From assembly GCA_963782055.1 (NCBI GenBank), contig CAWAIF010000003.1, positions 5,856,001 to 5,920,000 on the forward strand: 64,000 nt of DNA, written 5' to 3'. The position numbers were made by a program, and so were the translations under genes. Source of the stretch: an uncultured delta proteobacterium (GTDB lineage: Bacteria > Myxococcota_A > Polyangia > Polyangiales > Polyangiaceae). Shown here piece by piece: positions 30,830-40,367 of this stretch. Within the stretch, counting starts at the first letter, position 1. Each line of letters begins with the position of its first letter. The notes under the pieces were generated by a model. It did no database searches and was not told the DNA's origin. It worked only from the letters and a program-made list of their open reading frames with translations.

Positions 30830-32878
30830 ATGCGCATCGCGCTCACTCACAACCTCCGCCTGACAGCCTCGGTGGAGGACGCCGAGTTCGATCCACCAGA
30901 AACGATCGACGCGATCGCGCGAGCTCTCGCGCGCGCCGGCCACGACGTCGACCGCGTCGACGTGAGCGGCCCGCCCTCGCGTCTGGTCTCGCGCCTCGAG
31001 GCGTACTCGCCGGACGTCATCTTCAACACCGCCGAGGGCAAGCGCGGGCGGATGCGCCGCGGCTTCTACGCGGCGCTGTTCGAGGAGATGGGCATGCCCG
31101 CCACGGGCAGCGACGCCTACACGCTCTGCGTGACGCTGGACAAGGCCCTCACCAAGAAGGTGCTCTCCGGTCACGGCGTCTCCAGCCCGCGCGGGCGTCT
31201 GGTGACGCGCGCTTCGCTGCGCAGCGGCGGGCTGGACGACCTCACCTACCCCGTCATCGCCAAGCCCAACTACGAGGGCTCCTCCAAGGGCATCACGCGG
31301 GCGAGCGTCGCGGAGGACCCCATCGAGCTCGGCCGCATGCTGGACGACCTGCTCGAGACCTACCCCGACGGCGTGCTCCTGGAGCGCTACGTGGAGGGCA
31401 TGGACGTGCGCGTCTGCTGCCTGGAGGGCATCGGGCAGCTCCCGCCGGTGGAGCTCCACGTCGACCCGACCTACCCGCGGAAGTTCGCGGTCTACGACTT
31501 CGCCCTGGCCCATGCCGACGCGAGCGCGGTGACGCTGCGCGAGGCACCCCTCGGGGGGCGCGTACGCGAGCGGGTGGAGGAGATCGCCGACCGCACCTTC
31601 GCCGCCCTGGGCATACGCGACGCCGGCTGCCTGGACTTCCGCGTCAGCGGAGACGGCGAGGTCTTCTTCCTCTCCGCCACCGCCCTCCCGAGCTTCACGC
31701 CCGGCGCGGCGCTCCCCTTCTCGGCGCAGCTGCGCGGCATCGACTACGACGCGCTCGTCCACGCCGTGCTGCGCTCGGTCTGCGCGCGCGCCGGTCTGGT
31801 CGCGCAGCTCACCGCCACGCGCCCCCGCGCCCGGGCGAAGCGCAGCACGCTGAAGGTGGGCCTCGCCTTCAACATGAAGCGCATCGGCTCCGCCGCGGGC
31901 GACGATCGCGAGGCGGAGTACGACGCGCCGGAGACCATCCAGTCCATCGCGCGGGCGATCGAGAGCTTCGGGCACACCGTCGTACCGCTGGAGGCGACGC
32001 CGGACTTCCCGCGCGCGCTCATCACCAGCGGCGTGGACGTGGTCTTCAACATCGCCGAGGGGATCCGCGGCCGCAACCGCGAGTCGCAGGTGCCCTCGCT
32101 CTGCGAGCTGCTCGGCGTGCCGCACACCGGCAGCGACTCGGCGACGCTGAGCATCTGTTTGGACAAGGGCCTCACCAAGCGGCTGCTCAAGGACGTGGAC
32201 ACGCCGGAGGGCCAGGTGCTGGTCACCGGCCGGGAGAAGCTCAAGCCCTTCAAGTACCCGGTCATCGTCAAGCCCAACGCGGAGGGCACCAGCAAGGGCA
32301 TCACCGCCAAGTCGGTGGTGGACGACGAGGCGGGCCTGCGCGAGGTGGCGCGCCTGCTCATCGAGAAGTACCACCAGCCCGCCCTCGTCGAGGAGTACGT
32401 CTATGGCCGCGAGCTGACGGTCGGCATGCTGGGCGAGCGCCGCGCGCGCGTCCTGCCGCCGATGGAGGTGGTCTTCCTCGACGGCGGCACGCGGCCCGTC
32501 TACGACTACGACTGCAAGCAGGACTGGCAGCGCCACGTCCGCTACGACGTGCCCGCCCGCCTGACGAAGGAGGAGCTGCGCGCCGTCGAGCGCGTGTGCC
32601 GCACCACCTTCACCACCCTCGGCTGCCGCGACGTCGCGCGCGTGGACCTGCGCCTCACGCCGGCGGGCAAGGTCTACGTCATCGAGGTCAACCCGCTCCC
32701 GGGCCTGACCCCCGACTACAGCGACCTGTGCCTGATCGCGAACGGCGCGAAGATGGACTACCGCGCGCTCATCGGCGAGATCCTGAGCGGCGCCATCAAG
32801 CGCCTGCGGGAGAAAGCAGGCGAGACCCCGCGCGAGGGCGACGCGCGCGAGGTCACCCCCGCCCCCGCGCCGGTCTGA
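30830..32878 (+). CDS. Tandem D-Ala-D-Ala-ligase-like (double ATP-grasp) protein
   Basis: Two homologous units of about 340 aa (AEFDPPETI/AEYDAPETI, FNTAEG/FNIAEG, TGSD..TL, KPNYEGSSKGI/KPNAEGTSKGI). Only the second keeps IEVNPLPG. Confidence 0.85.
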   Translation: MRIALTHNLRLTASVEDAEFDPPETIDAIARALARAGHDVDRVDVSGPPSRLVSRLEAYSPDVIFNTAEGKRGRMRRGFYAALFEEMGMPATGSDAYTLCVTLDKALTKKVLSGHGVSSPRGRLVTRASLRSGGLDDLTYPVIAKPNYEGSSKGITRASVAEDPIELGRMLDDLLETYPDGVLLERYVEGMDVRVCCLEGIGQLPPVELHVDPTYPRKFAVYDFALAHADASAVTLREAPLGGRVRERVEEIADRTFAALGIRDAGCLDFRVSGDGEVFFLSATALPSFTPGAALPFSAQLRGIDYDALVHAVLRSVCARAGLVAQLTATRPRARAKRSTLKVGLAFNMKRIGSAAGDDREAEYDAPETIQSIARAIESFGHTVVPLEATPDFPRALITSGVDVVFNIAEGIRGRNRESQVPSLCELLGVPHTGSDSATLSICLDKGLTKRLLKDVDTPEGQVLVTGREKLKPFKYPVIVKPNAEGTSKGITAKSVVDDEAGLREVARLLIEKYHQPALVEEYVYGRELTVGMLGERRARVLPPMEVVFLDGGTRPVYDYDCKQDWQRHVRYDVPARLTKEELRAVERVCRTTFTTLGCRDVARVDLRLTPAGKVYVIEVNPLPGLTPDYSDLCLIANGAKMDYRALIGEILSGAIKRLREKAGETPREGDAREVTPAPAPV

Positions 32879-32948
32879 GGGCGAGGCGGGTGGCGGCTGC
32901 GAACGGCCTTTCTTCGCGGCGCAAGCTCGCCTACTCTCTCGCCTACCG

Positions 32949-34976
32949 ATGCGGATTTCCCGCCCATTTTCCGCCGCCGCGTGCGCCTTCGTCCTCGTCG
33001 CCGGCCCGGGCCGGGCGGCCCTCGCCGACGACGTGCTCCCCTCCATCGACGCGCGCACCTGGCGGCCCTCGGTGGACCCGCACGCCAACCTGGTGCTCGA
33101 GCCGGTGTCGACGCCCGGCCCGTGGGCGTGGAGCGTGGGCGGCTTCTTCGACTATGCCTTCCGGCCCGTCACGCTGACGAGCACCTCCAGCTCCGACGTC
33201 TCCTACCGGCCCGTCGACTCGGTCGTGACGATGAACATCGTCGCCGACCTGGGCCTCGGCAAGCGCGCGTCGGTCGGCGTCGGCGTGCCGGCGGTCATCT
33301 ACCAGACGGGGACCGAGGCGCTGCCCGGCGGCGTGGAGACGCTCGCCCTGCCGGCGACGGCGCTCGGGGACCTGAGCCTCCACGGCAAGGCCGCCATCAT
33401 CGACAACCAGAGCGGCGGCTTCGGGCTGGCGGCGGACGTGATGGCCACGGTACCCACCGGCGCGGTCTCCAGCTTCGCCGGCGAGGGCGCGGCCACCGGC
33501 CAGCTCCGCCTCACCGCCGACTACTCGGTGGTGATCGCGCACCTGCAGGCGTCGCTCGGCTACTTCGTCCGCACCGAGCGGCGCACCTGGCCGGAGGCGA
33601 CGCTCCTTCCGTCCGACCAGCGCTACGAGTACGGCGACGCCATCCCCTGGTCGCTCGGCATCAGCCTGCGGCCGGACATCTTCCACCTGGACCGGGATGA
33701 CCGGCAGGTCTGGGAGGTGGCGGCGCACGGGTGGGTCCCCGCCGGGCCGACGGCGCCCTTCGTCGACCCGGGCGCCGCGGCGCTCTCGCCGGTGCTCCTC
33801 TCCCTCTCCGATCGCATCGCCCTCGGCCACGACAAGGACACCTACGTCCTCGGCGGCATGGAGATCGGCCTGAGCGACGCGGTGGGCGTGCCTGGCTTCC
33901 GCGCGGTCGCGGGCATCGGGTGGGCACCGCGCGAGCACGACAAGGACCACGACGGCGTCCCCGACGACGAGGACCAGTGCGAGGACATCCCGGAGGACCG
34001 CGACGGCTTCGAGGACTCCGACGGCTGCCCGGAGGTGGACAACGACGACGACGGCATCGTCGACCGCGAGGACGCGTGCCCCAACGTGAAGGGAGCCCCC
34101 TCGAGCGACCCGAAGAAGAACGGCTGCCCCGCGGCAGACCGCGACGGCGACGGCGTGCCCGACGACGTGGACGCGTGCCCCGCGGTGAAGGGCGCGCCCA
34201 GCGCCGACCCCAAGCGCGACGGCTGCCCCACGGCGGACAAGGACAAGGACGGCGTGCCCGACGACGTGGACAAGTGTCCGGACCAGCCGGAGGACAAGGA
34301 CGGCTACCAGGACTCCGATGGCTGCCCGGATCCGGACAACGACGGCGACGGCGTGCCCGACACCCAGGACGCGTGTCCGCTGAAGGCAGGTGAGCCGTCC
34401 ACCAATCCCAAGTACGACGGCTGCCCCAACCCCGACCGCGACGGCGACACCTTCCTCAACGACGTCGACAAGTGCCCCGACGCCGCCGAGACGTTCAACG
34501 GCGTGGACGACGACGACGGCTGCCCCGACGAGGGCGGCAAGCCGCTGGTCGTGGTCGCCGGCAAGCCGGAGCACCCGACGCTGCGCCTCGCCAAGCCCAT
34601 CGAGATCGCCGGCGCGGCGGGGACCCCCTCGGTCGACCCTGCGAGCATGCCCACCCTCCGCGCGCTCGCGCTGGAGCTGAGCCGTCACCGGGACTGGACG
34701 CTCGCGGTGGGCGCGCGGCCCAAGGGCGCCTCGGCCCAGGCGCAGAGCGACGCGCTCTTCCGCGCCATCGCCGTCGTCAACGCGCTCTCCTCCATGACGC
34801 GCCGTGATGACGCGGCGGAGACGGTCGGCTGGGATGCGGTGCGCGGCCAGCCGGGCGCCGCCTCGGGCATCGGGCTGCTGGTGCTCGTGGCCCCGCCGGT
34901 GCCGCCACCCGCCAAGCCCGGGCCGCCGCCCCCGCCGGAGAAGGTTGCGCCGAAGCCCGCGCCCAAGAAGAAGTAA
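32949..34976 (+). CDS. TraB-like outer-membrane protein: beta-barrel + thrombospondin type 3 repeats + divergent OmpA-like domain
   Basis: Signal peptide; amphipathic strand region (LGDLSLHGK, FRAVAGIGW); many DxDxDGVPDxxDxCP and EDxDGFxDxDGCP repeats; C-terminal alpha/beta domain. Confidence 0.8.
   Translation: MRISRPFSAAACAFVLVAGPGRAALADDVLPSIDARTWRPSVDPHANLVLEPVSTPGPWAWSVGGFFDYAFRPVTLTSTSSSDVSYRPVDSVVTMNIVADLGLGKRASVGVGVPAVIYQTGTEALPGGVETLALPATALGDLSLHGKAAIIDNQSGGFGLAADVMATVPTGAVSSFAGEGAATGQLRLTADYSVVIAHLQASLGYFVRTERRTWPEATLLPSDQRYEYGDAIPWSLGISLRPDIFHLDRDDRQVWEVAAHGWVPAGPTAPFVDPGAAALSPVLLSLSDRIALGHDKDTYVLGGMEIGLSDAVGVPGFRAVAGIGWAPREHDKDHDGVPDDEDQCEDIPEDRDGFEDSDGCPEVDNDDDGIVDREDACPNVKGAPSSDPKKNGCPAADRDGDGVPDDVDACPAVKGAPSADPKRDGCPTADKDKDGVPDDVDKCPDQPEDKDGYQDSDGCPDPDNDGDGVPDTQDACPLKAGEPSTNPKYDGCPNPDRDGDTFLNDVDKCPDAAETFNGVDDDDGCPDEGGKPLVVVAGKPEHPTLRLAKPIEIAGAAGTPSVDPASMPTLRALALELSRHRDWTLAVGARPKGASAQAQSDALFRAIAVVNALSSMTRRDDAAETVGWDAVRGQPGAASGIGLLVLVAPPVPPPAKPGPPPPPEKVAPKPAPKKK
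33940..34530 (+). repeat. Coding TSP3-type Asp/Cys repeats
   Basis: Recurrent gacggcgtgcccgacgacgtggac..tgccc and gacggctgccc units. Confidence 0.8.
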
Positions 34977-34979
34977 GGG

Positions 34980-37097
34980 ATGCGGCGGCATCACCTCGCG
35001 CTGCTCGTCCTCGCCGGCCTCACGGTCGCCGCGCCCGTCGCGGCGCAGCCCGGGCCGTTCTTCGGGCCGCAGCTGACCGCGCCGCCGCCGGCGGAGATCC
35101 GCATCCGGGTGAGCTCGCCGGCGCACGCCTCCCTACGGAGCCGGTTCGGCGTCGACATGGCCGACCACCTGCTGCACTCCGCCGACGCCGACGACCGCCT
35201 GCGCGGGATCCGGCGCGCGGCGGCGGTGGGCTCGCCGGAGGCCGTCAGCCTGATGGTGCAGGCGGCGGGGCCGGGCGGGCCCGGCCGCGTCGACCCCCGC
35301 GCCCTCATCGAGCTGGCGCGCGGCCTGGCGCCCTTCGCCTCGGAGGAGGCGGTGCGCGAGCGGCTCTCCGGCATGCTGAGCGTCGCCGCGCCCTCCGGCG
35401 CACGTGATCGAAACTCCGAGCTGGGCGCGCGCATGGGCCTGGCGCGCGCCATCGCCGCGCTCGCGCTCGCTCGCTGCGACGACGTCAAGTGCCGCGACGC
35501 CCTCGCCGTGGCGGCGCGCACCCCCGGTCCCGGCCAGCTTGCGGCGGTGGCTGCGCTGGCCGTCAGGTCGGCGTCTCCGCTCTCCGACCCGAAGACCGCG
35601 CTCGTCGGGAGCGGGTGGACCCCCCTCTTCGTGCGATCCATCGCCCAGAGCGGAGACCTGCGGGCGCTCGACCTCCTCCGGGCGGAGGCCTCGGCGGACC
35701 CGAAGGACGTGGACGCCACCTCGCGCGCGGCCGCCCTGGTCGCCCTCGCCCAGCTCGGCGACGAGCGCGCGCGGCCCATCGCCATCGCGCGCTTCGCCGA
35801 CCAGGCGCCGCGCATGCGCCAGGCGGCCGGGGAGGCGCTGGTGCTCGTCGACGCGCCGGAGCGCTTCCGCGCGGCCGAGTCGCTCATCGGCAACGACGAC
35901 ACCGTCCACACCGGCGTACGCCTGGCGCGGCGCGCGCAGGACAAGGGCGTGGTGAAGGCGCTGGCGGCGCGCTTCGCCGTCTCGAGCGATCCGACGCTGC
36001 GGGCGGAGATCCTCGTCGCGCTCGGCCGCGGCCTCACCCCCGACGCCCTCGAGGTGCTGACGAGCCTGGTGGGCGACCCACGCTGGGGTAGCGACGCCGT
36101 CGCCGCGATCGCACGCTCGCCGAACACGGGCGCGATGCGCGCGCTGGAGAGCCTCGCCGCCGCCCCTGGTCGGCGGCGCCTCGTCGCGCGCGCCTACGCG
36201 GTGCGCGTCGAGACGCGCGGCGAGCGCAGCGCGGTGCTCGACGCCCTCGTCGGCGCGCTCTGGCGCTCGCGCGACGCGCGCGACCGCGGGGTGGCGGCCT
36301 TCGCGCGGGTGCTCCTCGGAGAGGCCGACGTGGGCGATCTACTGAAAGACCCCTCGCCCGACGTCCGGCGACAGGCGGCGATGGCCTCCGCCGCGCACCC
36401 GACCGCGGCGGTGCAACGCGCGCTGCTTACGCGCGCGACCGGCGAGAAGGACGCGACCACCGCGCGCGTGATGCTCCTCGCCCTGGCCGGCGGCGACCCC
36501 GACGCCATCGTCCCGACGCTCAGCCTGGCGCTCCGGGCGGAGAGCGGCGGCCCCGACGCCCCGCTGGCGGCGCTCGCCCTCGCGCGGCGCAAGGGCGACG
36601 CCGTGAAGGAGAAGGTGGACGCCCTCCTCGCCTCGGAGGACCCGGTCCTTCGCGCCCACACCGCGCGCGGACTCGCGTGGAGCGAGGAGGACGACGCGTC
36701 CGGGCGCCTCGCCGCCGCCTACGCCTACGAGGGGCACGCCGCCGTTCGCCGGGCGATCGTCGCCGCCCTCGCCGCGCGCACCGCCGACGCCCGGAGCCCC
36801 GCGCGCGCGGACACGCTCTCGCTCGCGGCGCGGCTGGATCCCGACGCCCTCACCCGCACCATCGCCAGGCGCGCGCTGGCCGGGCTGCCTCCGCTCGCCG
36901 GGTCGCCCATTCACGAGATCGCGTGGCTGCGCCTCGTCGACGCCGACGGCTCGCCACCCACCCGCGCCATGCTCGGCACCTACGTGACGTCGGAGGGCCT
37001 GGCGCGCCCGGTAGTCTTCGACGCCGACGGCTACGCGCTCGTCCCCGGCGTCCCACCGGGTGAGGGGCGCCTCGTGCTTGCGCCGAGCATTCCGTAG
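34980..37097 (+). CDS. Exported HEAT/ARM-repeat protein
   Basis: Signal peptide (VAA-Q); repeated helical units (LLKDPSPDVRRQAA, LLASEDPVLRAHTARGL, SSDPTLRAEILVALG). Confidence 0.65.
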   Translation: MRRHHLALLVLAGLTVAAPVAAQPGPFFGPQLTAPPPAEIRIRVSSPAHASLRSRFGVDMADHLLHSADADDRLRGIRRAAAVGSPEAVSLMVQAAGPGGPGRVDPRALIELARGLAPFASEEAVRERLSGMLSVAAPSGARDRNSELGARMGLARAIAALALARCDDVKCRDALAVAARTPGPGQLAAVAALAVRSASPLSDPKTALVGSGWTPLFVRSIAQSGDLRALDLLRAEASADPKDVDATSRAAALVALAQLGDERARPIAIARFADQAPRMRQAAGEALVLVDAPERFRAAESLIGNDDTVHTGVRLARRAQDKGVVKALAARFAVSSDPTLRAEILVALGRGLTPDALEVLTSLVGDPRWGSDAVAAIARSPNTGAMRALESLAAAPGRRRLVARAYAVRVETRGERSAVLDALVGALWRSRDARDRGVAAFARVLLGEADVGDLLKDPSPDVRRQAAMASAAHPTAAVQRALLTRATGEKDATTARVMLLALAGGDPDAIVPTLSLALRAESGGPDAPLAALALARRKGDAVKEKVDALLASEDPVLRAHTARGLAWSEEDDASGRLAAAYAYEGHAAVRRAIVAALAARTADARSPARADTLSLAARLDPDALTRTIARRALAGLPPLAGSPIHEIAWLRLVDADGSPPTRAMLGTYVTSEGLARPVVFDADGYALVPGVPPGEGRLVLAPSIP

Positions 37098-37112
37098 GGC
37101 TAGCCCTTCGTC

Positions 37113-37403
37113 ATGCCCAAGGACGAGCGACCCGCAGCGGACGAGGCGCCGCCGAAGGCGAGCTTCGAGCAGTCGATGGCCCGCCTGTCGAAGATCGTCG
37201 AGACACTGGAGAAGGGGGATCTCCCGCTGGAGGAGTCGCTCCGCCTCTTCGAGGAGGGCGTCAAGCTCACGCGCGCCGCGCAGGAGCGTCTGGACGCCGC
37301 CGAGCAGCGCGTGGAGCGCCTGCTGGGCGTCGACGGGCAGGGCAAGGCGCGCACCGCGCCCTTCGAGACGACGGGCGACGAGGACGAGGAGCCCCCCTTC
37401 TGA
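37113..37403 (+). CDS. xseB: Exodeoxyribonuclease VII small subunit
   Basis: SFEQSMARLSKIVETLEKGDLPLEESLRLFEEGVKL..LDAAEQRVERL. Confidence 0.95.
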   Translation: MPKDERPAADEAPPKASFEQSMARLSKIVETLEKGDLPLEESLRLFEEGVKLTRAAQERLDAAEQRVERLLGVDGQGKARTAPFETTGDEDEEPPF

Positions 37404-37478
37404 GAGGCTGTGACGCCCGACGCGCGGCGGAGGTCCGGCGCGGGTTGGCGGCGCGTGCCACCGCCGAGCTGGTCCTCG

Positions 37479-40259
37479 TCACGCGGTGGAGCGCCGGACC
37501 TCGTCGCCCGCCGTTCGCCACACCTTCACCACCCGGCGTCCCTGATACGGGCCGGAGCTCGTCACGTCCACGCGCGTCTGCACCGGCATCTGGTGGAGCG
37601 CCATCGCCAGATCGCGATCGCCCGCGGCGGCCTGCGAGAGGACGAGCCCGTGCGGCTCCGAGGCGCCGGCGAACCACAGCGTGCGGTGCAGCGTCTCGCC
37701 GAAGTAGTCGATGCGCGTCTCGCGCGTCAGCGCGAGGCACCGCCCGCCGTGCACCGCCGACCGCACCGGGAGGTCGCGACCCGCGTCGAGCAGATCGATC
37801 GCCGCCCGCAGCGCGCTCGGCCCGGAGGGGAAGGCCGCCACCAGCGTCTCGAGAGGGCCGGGGAGCGCGGAGCCGCCCTCGCGCCTCACCGCCTGGGCGA
37901 AGGCATCCTCGAAGGCGCGCAGCGCGGAGCACGTCTCGCCGTCGCCCCTCGCGAGGAAGAGCGCCCCACAATCACTGGCGTCGACGGCGAGGAAGAAGAG
38001 GTGGCTCACGCCGAGGTGCTCACCGAAGGAGATGAGCTCGCTCCCGAAGAAGTCACGAAAGGTCGGGTGCGTGAGCGCGACCACCGCCGGCACGGCGTCG
38101 CCCCGGGCGTACCGGCTCTCGAGCCGGACCGTGCGCTCGTGGGGCGTATCGTTGACGACGCACAGGGTCACCTCGCCGTCGCCGAGCACGGCGGGGCGCA
38201 CGTCCACCGCGCCCTCGCCGACGACCACGTCCGCCGCCCGCGCGACGCCGACGGAGCTGGAGGAGAGCTCGCCCGGCACGCCGACCCCGTATGCGGCGAT
38301 GGAGTAGTCCCCGCCGGGCAGCCGCACGACGACCGTGCGCTCCTCGCCCGGGTCCAGCACGAGCTGCGCCAGCACGTGAGGGCGCCGGGCGGGCGAGCCG
38401 GCGCAGTAGGTCTCCACGTCGGTCTTGCGCACCTCCGGGTGAGCGCGAAAGACGAGCTCGACCGACGTGCCGAGATCGCGGTCGTACTCCGTCTCGCAAG
38501 CCTCGCACCGGGCGTGCGACGTGACGCCCTCCAGCCTGGGCTTCGTCTCGTGGGCGACCATGCACGTGGGGCAGACCAGGTCCCAGGCGAGCTCCAGCAA
38601 GCCGATGTGCGACGCGTGGAGCATGAGGTCGAGCGCGCGGTCGCGCGACACGCCCAGCGTCTCGGCGAGCACGAAGGGTCGCATGCGGGCGAGCCGGCGA
38701 GCCTCCGAGCGCAGCAGCACCACCGAGAGCGCGTCCACCTCCGGCTTCTCGAAGCCGGCCTCGAGCAGCTCGCGCGCGCCGGCGTGGACCCGCTCCAGCT
38801 CGGAGGCCGACGGCCGGTACGGCACGTCGTACGGGTCGCCTCGCCCGGCGACCACCGTCGCGTCGACGTGACGGTAGACGCGGTCCATCGCCCGGCGAAG
38901 CCGCTGCCCGATCTCCAGCGTCGCCGCCACGCGCCCGAAGATGCCGCGCGGGATGACGGCGATCTCGTGCGTCAGGTCGGTGCCGCCGTCCTCGCGACGG
39001 CGCATCTCCACGCGGTTCCAGAGCGCCTCGAGCGGCCCCGCGCCGTACCACCGGAAGACGGTGTGCTGCCTGTCCTTGATCCACTCGAAGGGGTACTCGC
39101 GCCAGCGCATCTCCAGGGCCATCGCCCGCGCCCGGCCGGAACGCGCCATGGTGTCGGGGGACTCGCGGCCCGCGGCGACGGCCACCCGCCCGAGCCCGGC
39201 CGCCTCGTTGAACCGGTCGGTGTCGGCCACGAAGGGCCACAGCGCCTCCGGGCTGGAGCGGAGCGACCATCGCCACTCGAAGACGCGGCTGGCCTGGTCG
39301 CGATCCGGCCGCGGCGTCCGCGGAGCGGGGCCGGACTTGCGCACGGTGCGCGGCGGCGCCACCTCGCCGCGGGCCTCGGGCAACGGCCGGCCGTCGCGCA
39401 CCGCGACGAGCGCGTCGTGCAGCACGACCCCGCTCCGGAAGCGCTCGTCTGGCGCCTTGGAGAGGCACCGGAGCACGACCTGCTCCAGCTCGGCGTGGAC
39501 CGGCGCGTGCCGTGATGGGGGCTCGGGCGTCGCGAAGACGACCTTGTGCAGCAGCGCGCCATGGTCCTGCCCCTCGTACGGCCGCCTGCCGGTCAGCATC
39601 TGGTAGAGGATCACGCCGATGGCGTGCACGTCGGTCGCCGGGCCGATCCCGCCCTCGCCGAGGATCTGCTCCGGCGCCATGTACGGCGGCGACCCGGCGA
39701 AGTTCCCGAGGTCCTGCCCCTGCGCGACCTTGATGGCGAGCCCGAAGTCCAGCACGCGCGCGCGGCCGCTGCGGTCGATCATGATGTTGCCCGGCTTGAG
39801 ATCGCGGTGGACCACGCCCTTCTCGTGGGCGGCACCGACGCCGCGCGCCACCTCGATCGCGATGCGCAGCGCCTCGCCGGACGTCAGCTTCCCGTCACGC
39901 AGGACCACCGCGAGGTCGGTCCCGTCGACGTACTCCATCGTGTAGTAGGGGCGACCGTCCAGCGTGCGACCGACGTCGAGCACGGTCACGACGCCCGGGT
40001 CCCCGACGCGCGCCGCCAGCCGCGCCTCCGACCACATGGCGGCGACCTCCTCCCCGCTGGCCTGGGAGTCCTCGGCGTGAACCTTCAGCGCCACGCGGCG
40101 GTCGAGGCGCAGCTCGATCGCCTCCCACACGACGCCCATGCCGCCGCGGCCGATCACCCGCAGGACCTGGTACCCCGCGACGGCGGGTGCACCAGGAACT
40201 CCGGGGGCTGCAGGCGCAGGCCCATCCTTGACGGTCTTGTCCTCTTCCATCGCCAGCAT
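37479..40259 (-). CDS. Ser/Thr kinase fused to SRPBCC-like, DUF5939-like (Zn-ribbon) and degenerate class III nucleotide cyclase domains
   Basis: Kinase motifs GRGGMG, VALK, HRDLKPGN, DFG, YMAPEQ; LWPFVADTDRFN..WREYPFEW; WDLVCPTC..CEAC..YCAGSP; C-terminal VHGGRC..RIDYFGET. Confidence 0.85.
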   Translation of the reverse strand: MLAMEEDKTVKDGPAPAAPGVPGAPAVAGYQVLRVIGRGGMGVVWEAIELRLDRRVALKVHAEDSQASGEEVAAMWSEARLAARVGDPGVVTVLDVGRTLDGRPYYTMEYVDGTDLAVVLRDGKLTSGEALRIAIEVARGVGAAHEKGVVHRDLKPGNIMIDRSGRARVLDFGLAIKVAQGQDLGNFAGSPPYMAPEQILGEGGIGPATDVHAIGVILYQMLTGRRPYEGQDHGALLHKVVFATPEPPSRHAPVHAELEQVVLRCLSKAPDERFRSGVVLHDALVAVRDGRPLPEARGEVAPPRTVRKSGPAPRTPRPDRDQASRVFEWRWSLRSSPEALWPFVADTDRFNEAAGLGRVAVAAGRESPDTMARSGRARAMALEMRWREYPFEWIKDRQHTVFRWYGAGPLEALWNRVEMRRREDGGTDLTHEIAVIPRGIFGRVAATLEIGQRLRRAMDRVYRHVDATVVAGRGDPYDVPYRPSASELERVHAGARELLEAGFEKPEVDALSVVLLRSEARRLARMRPFVLAETLGVSRDRALDLMLHASHIGLLELAWDLVCPTCMVAHETKPRLEGVTSHARCEACETEYDRDLGTSVELVFRAHPEVRKTDVETYCAGSPARRPHVLAQLVLDPGEERTVVVRLPGGDYSIAAYGVGVPGELSSSSVGVARAADVVVGEGAVDVRPAVLGDGEVTLCVVNDTPHERTVRLESRYARGDAVPAVVALTHPTFRDFFGSELISFGEHLGVSHLFFLAVDASDCGALFLARGDGETCSALRAFEDAFAQAVRREGGSALPGPLETLVAAFPSGPSALRAAIDLLDAGRDLPVRSAVHGGRCLALTRETRIDYFGETLHRTLWFAGASEPHGLVLSQAAAGDRDLAMALHQMPVQTRVDVTSSGPYQGRRVVKVWRTAGDEVRRSTA

Positions 40260-40367
40260 GCAGGTTAGGCCAACCGTCTACGCACCGCGCGGTGGGACGG
40301 TTGCCTACTTCCTGCTACCTCGCCGGCGCTCTACACCGTCACGGTCGGGAGATCAGCCCGGCGGGGA

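Noticed and set aside
30830..32878. Naming the gene ddl (cell-wall D-Ala-D-Ala ligase)
   Set aside because: It is double length, lacks the LHG..GEDG substrate motif and lies outside the division and cell wall cluster.
30587..33177. Very long alternative-frame and antisense ORFs (for example 30587-33088 minus, 30790-33177 plus, 17033-19762 plus, 21384-23939 minus)
   Set aside because: They are Arg/Gly/Ala/Pro-rich shadow ORFs expected in high-GC DNA and overlap genes with clear family motifs.
33940..34530. Regularly spaced repeats that could suggest a CRISPR array
   Set aside because: The repeats are in-frame, degenerate at third codon positions and encode TSP3 motifs. There are no unique spacers and no cas genes.
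32949..34976. Naming the gene traB
   Set aside because: The architecture matches, but no traA is adjacent and the OmpA motifs are degenerate, so orthology cannot be shown by eye.
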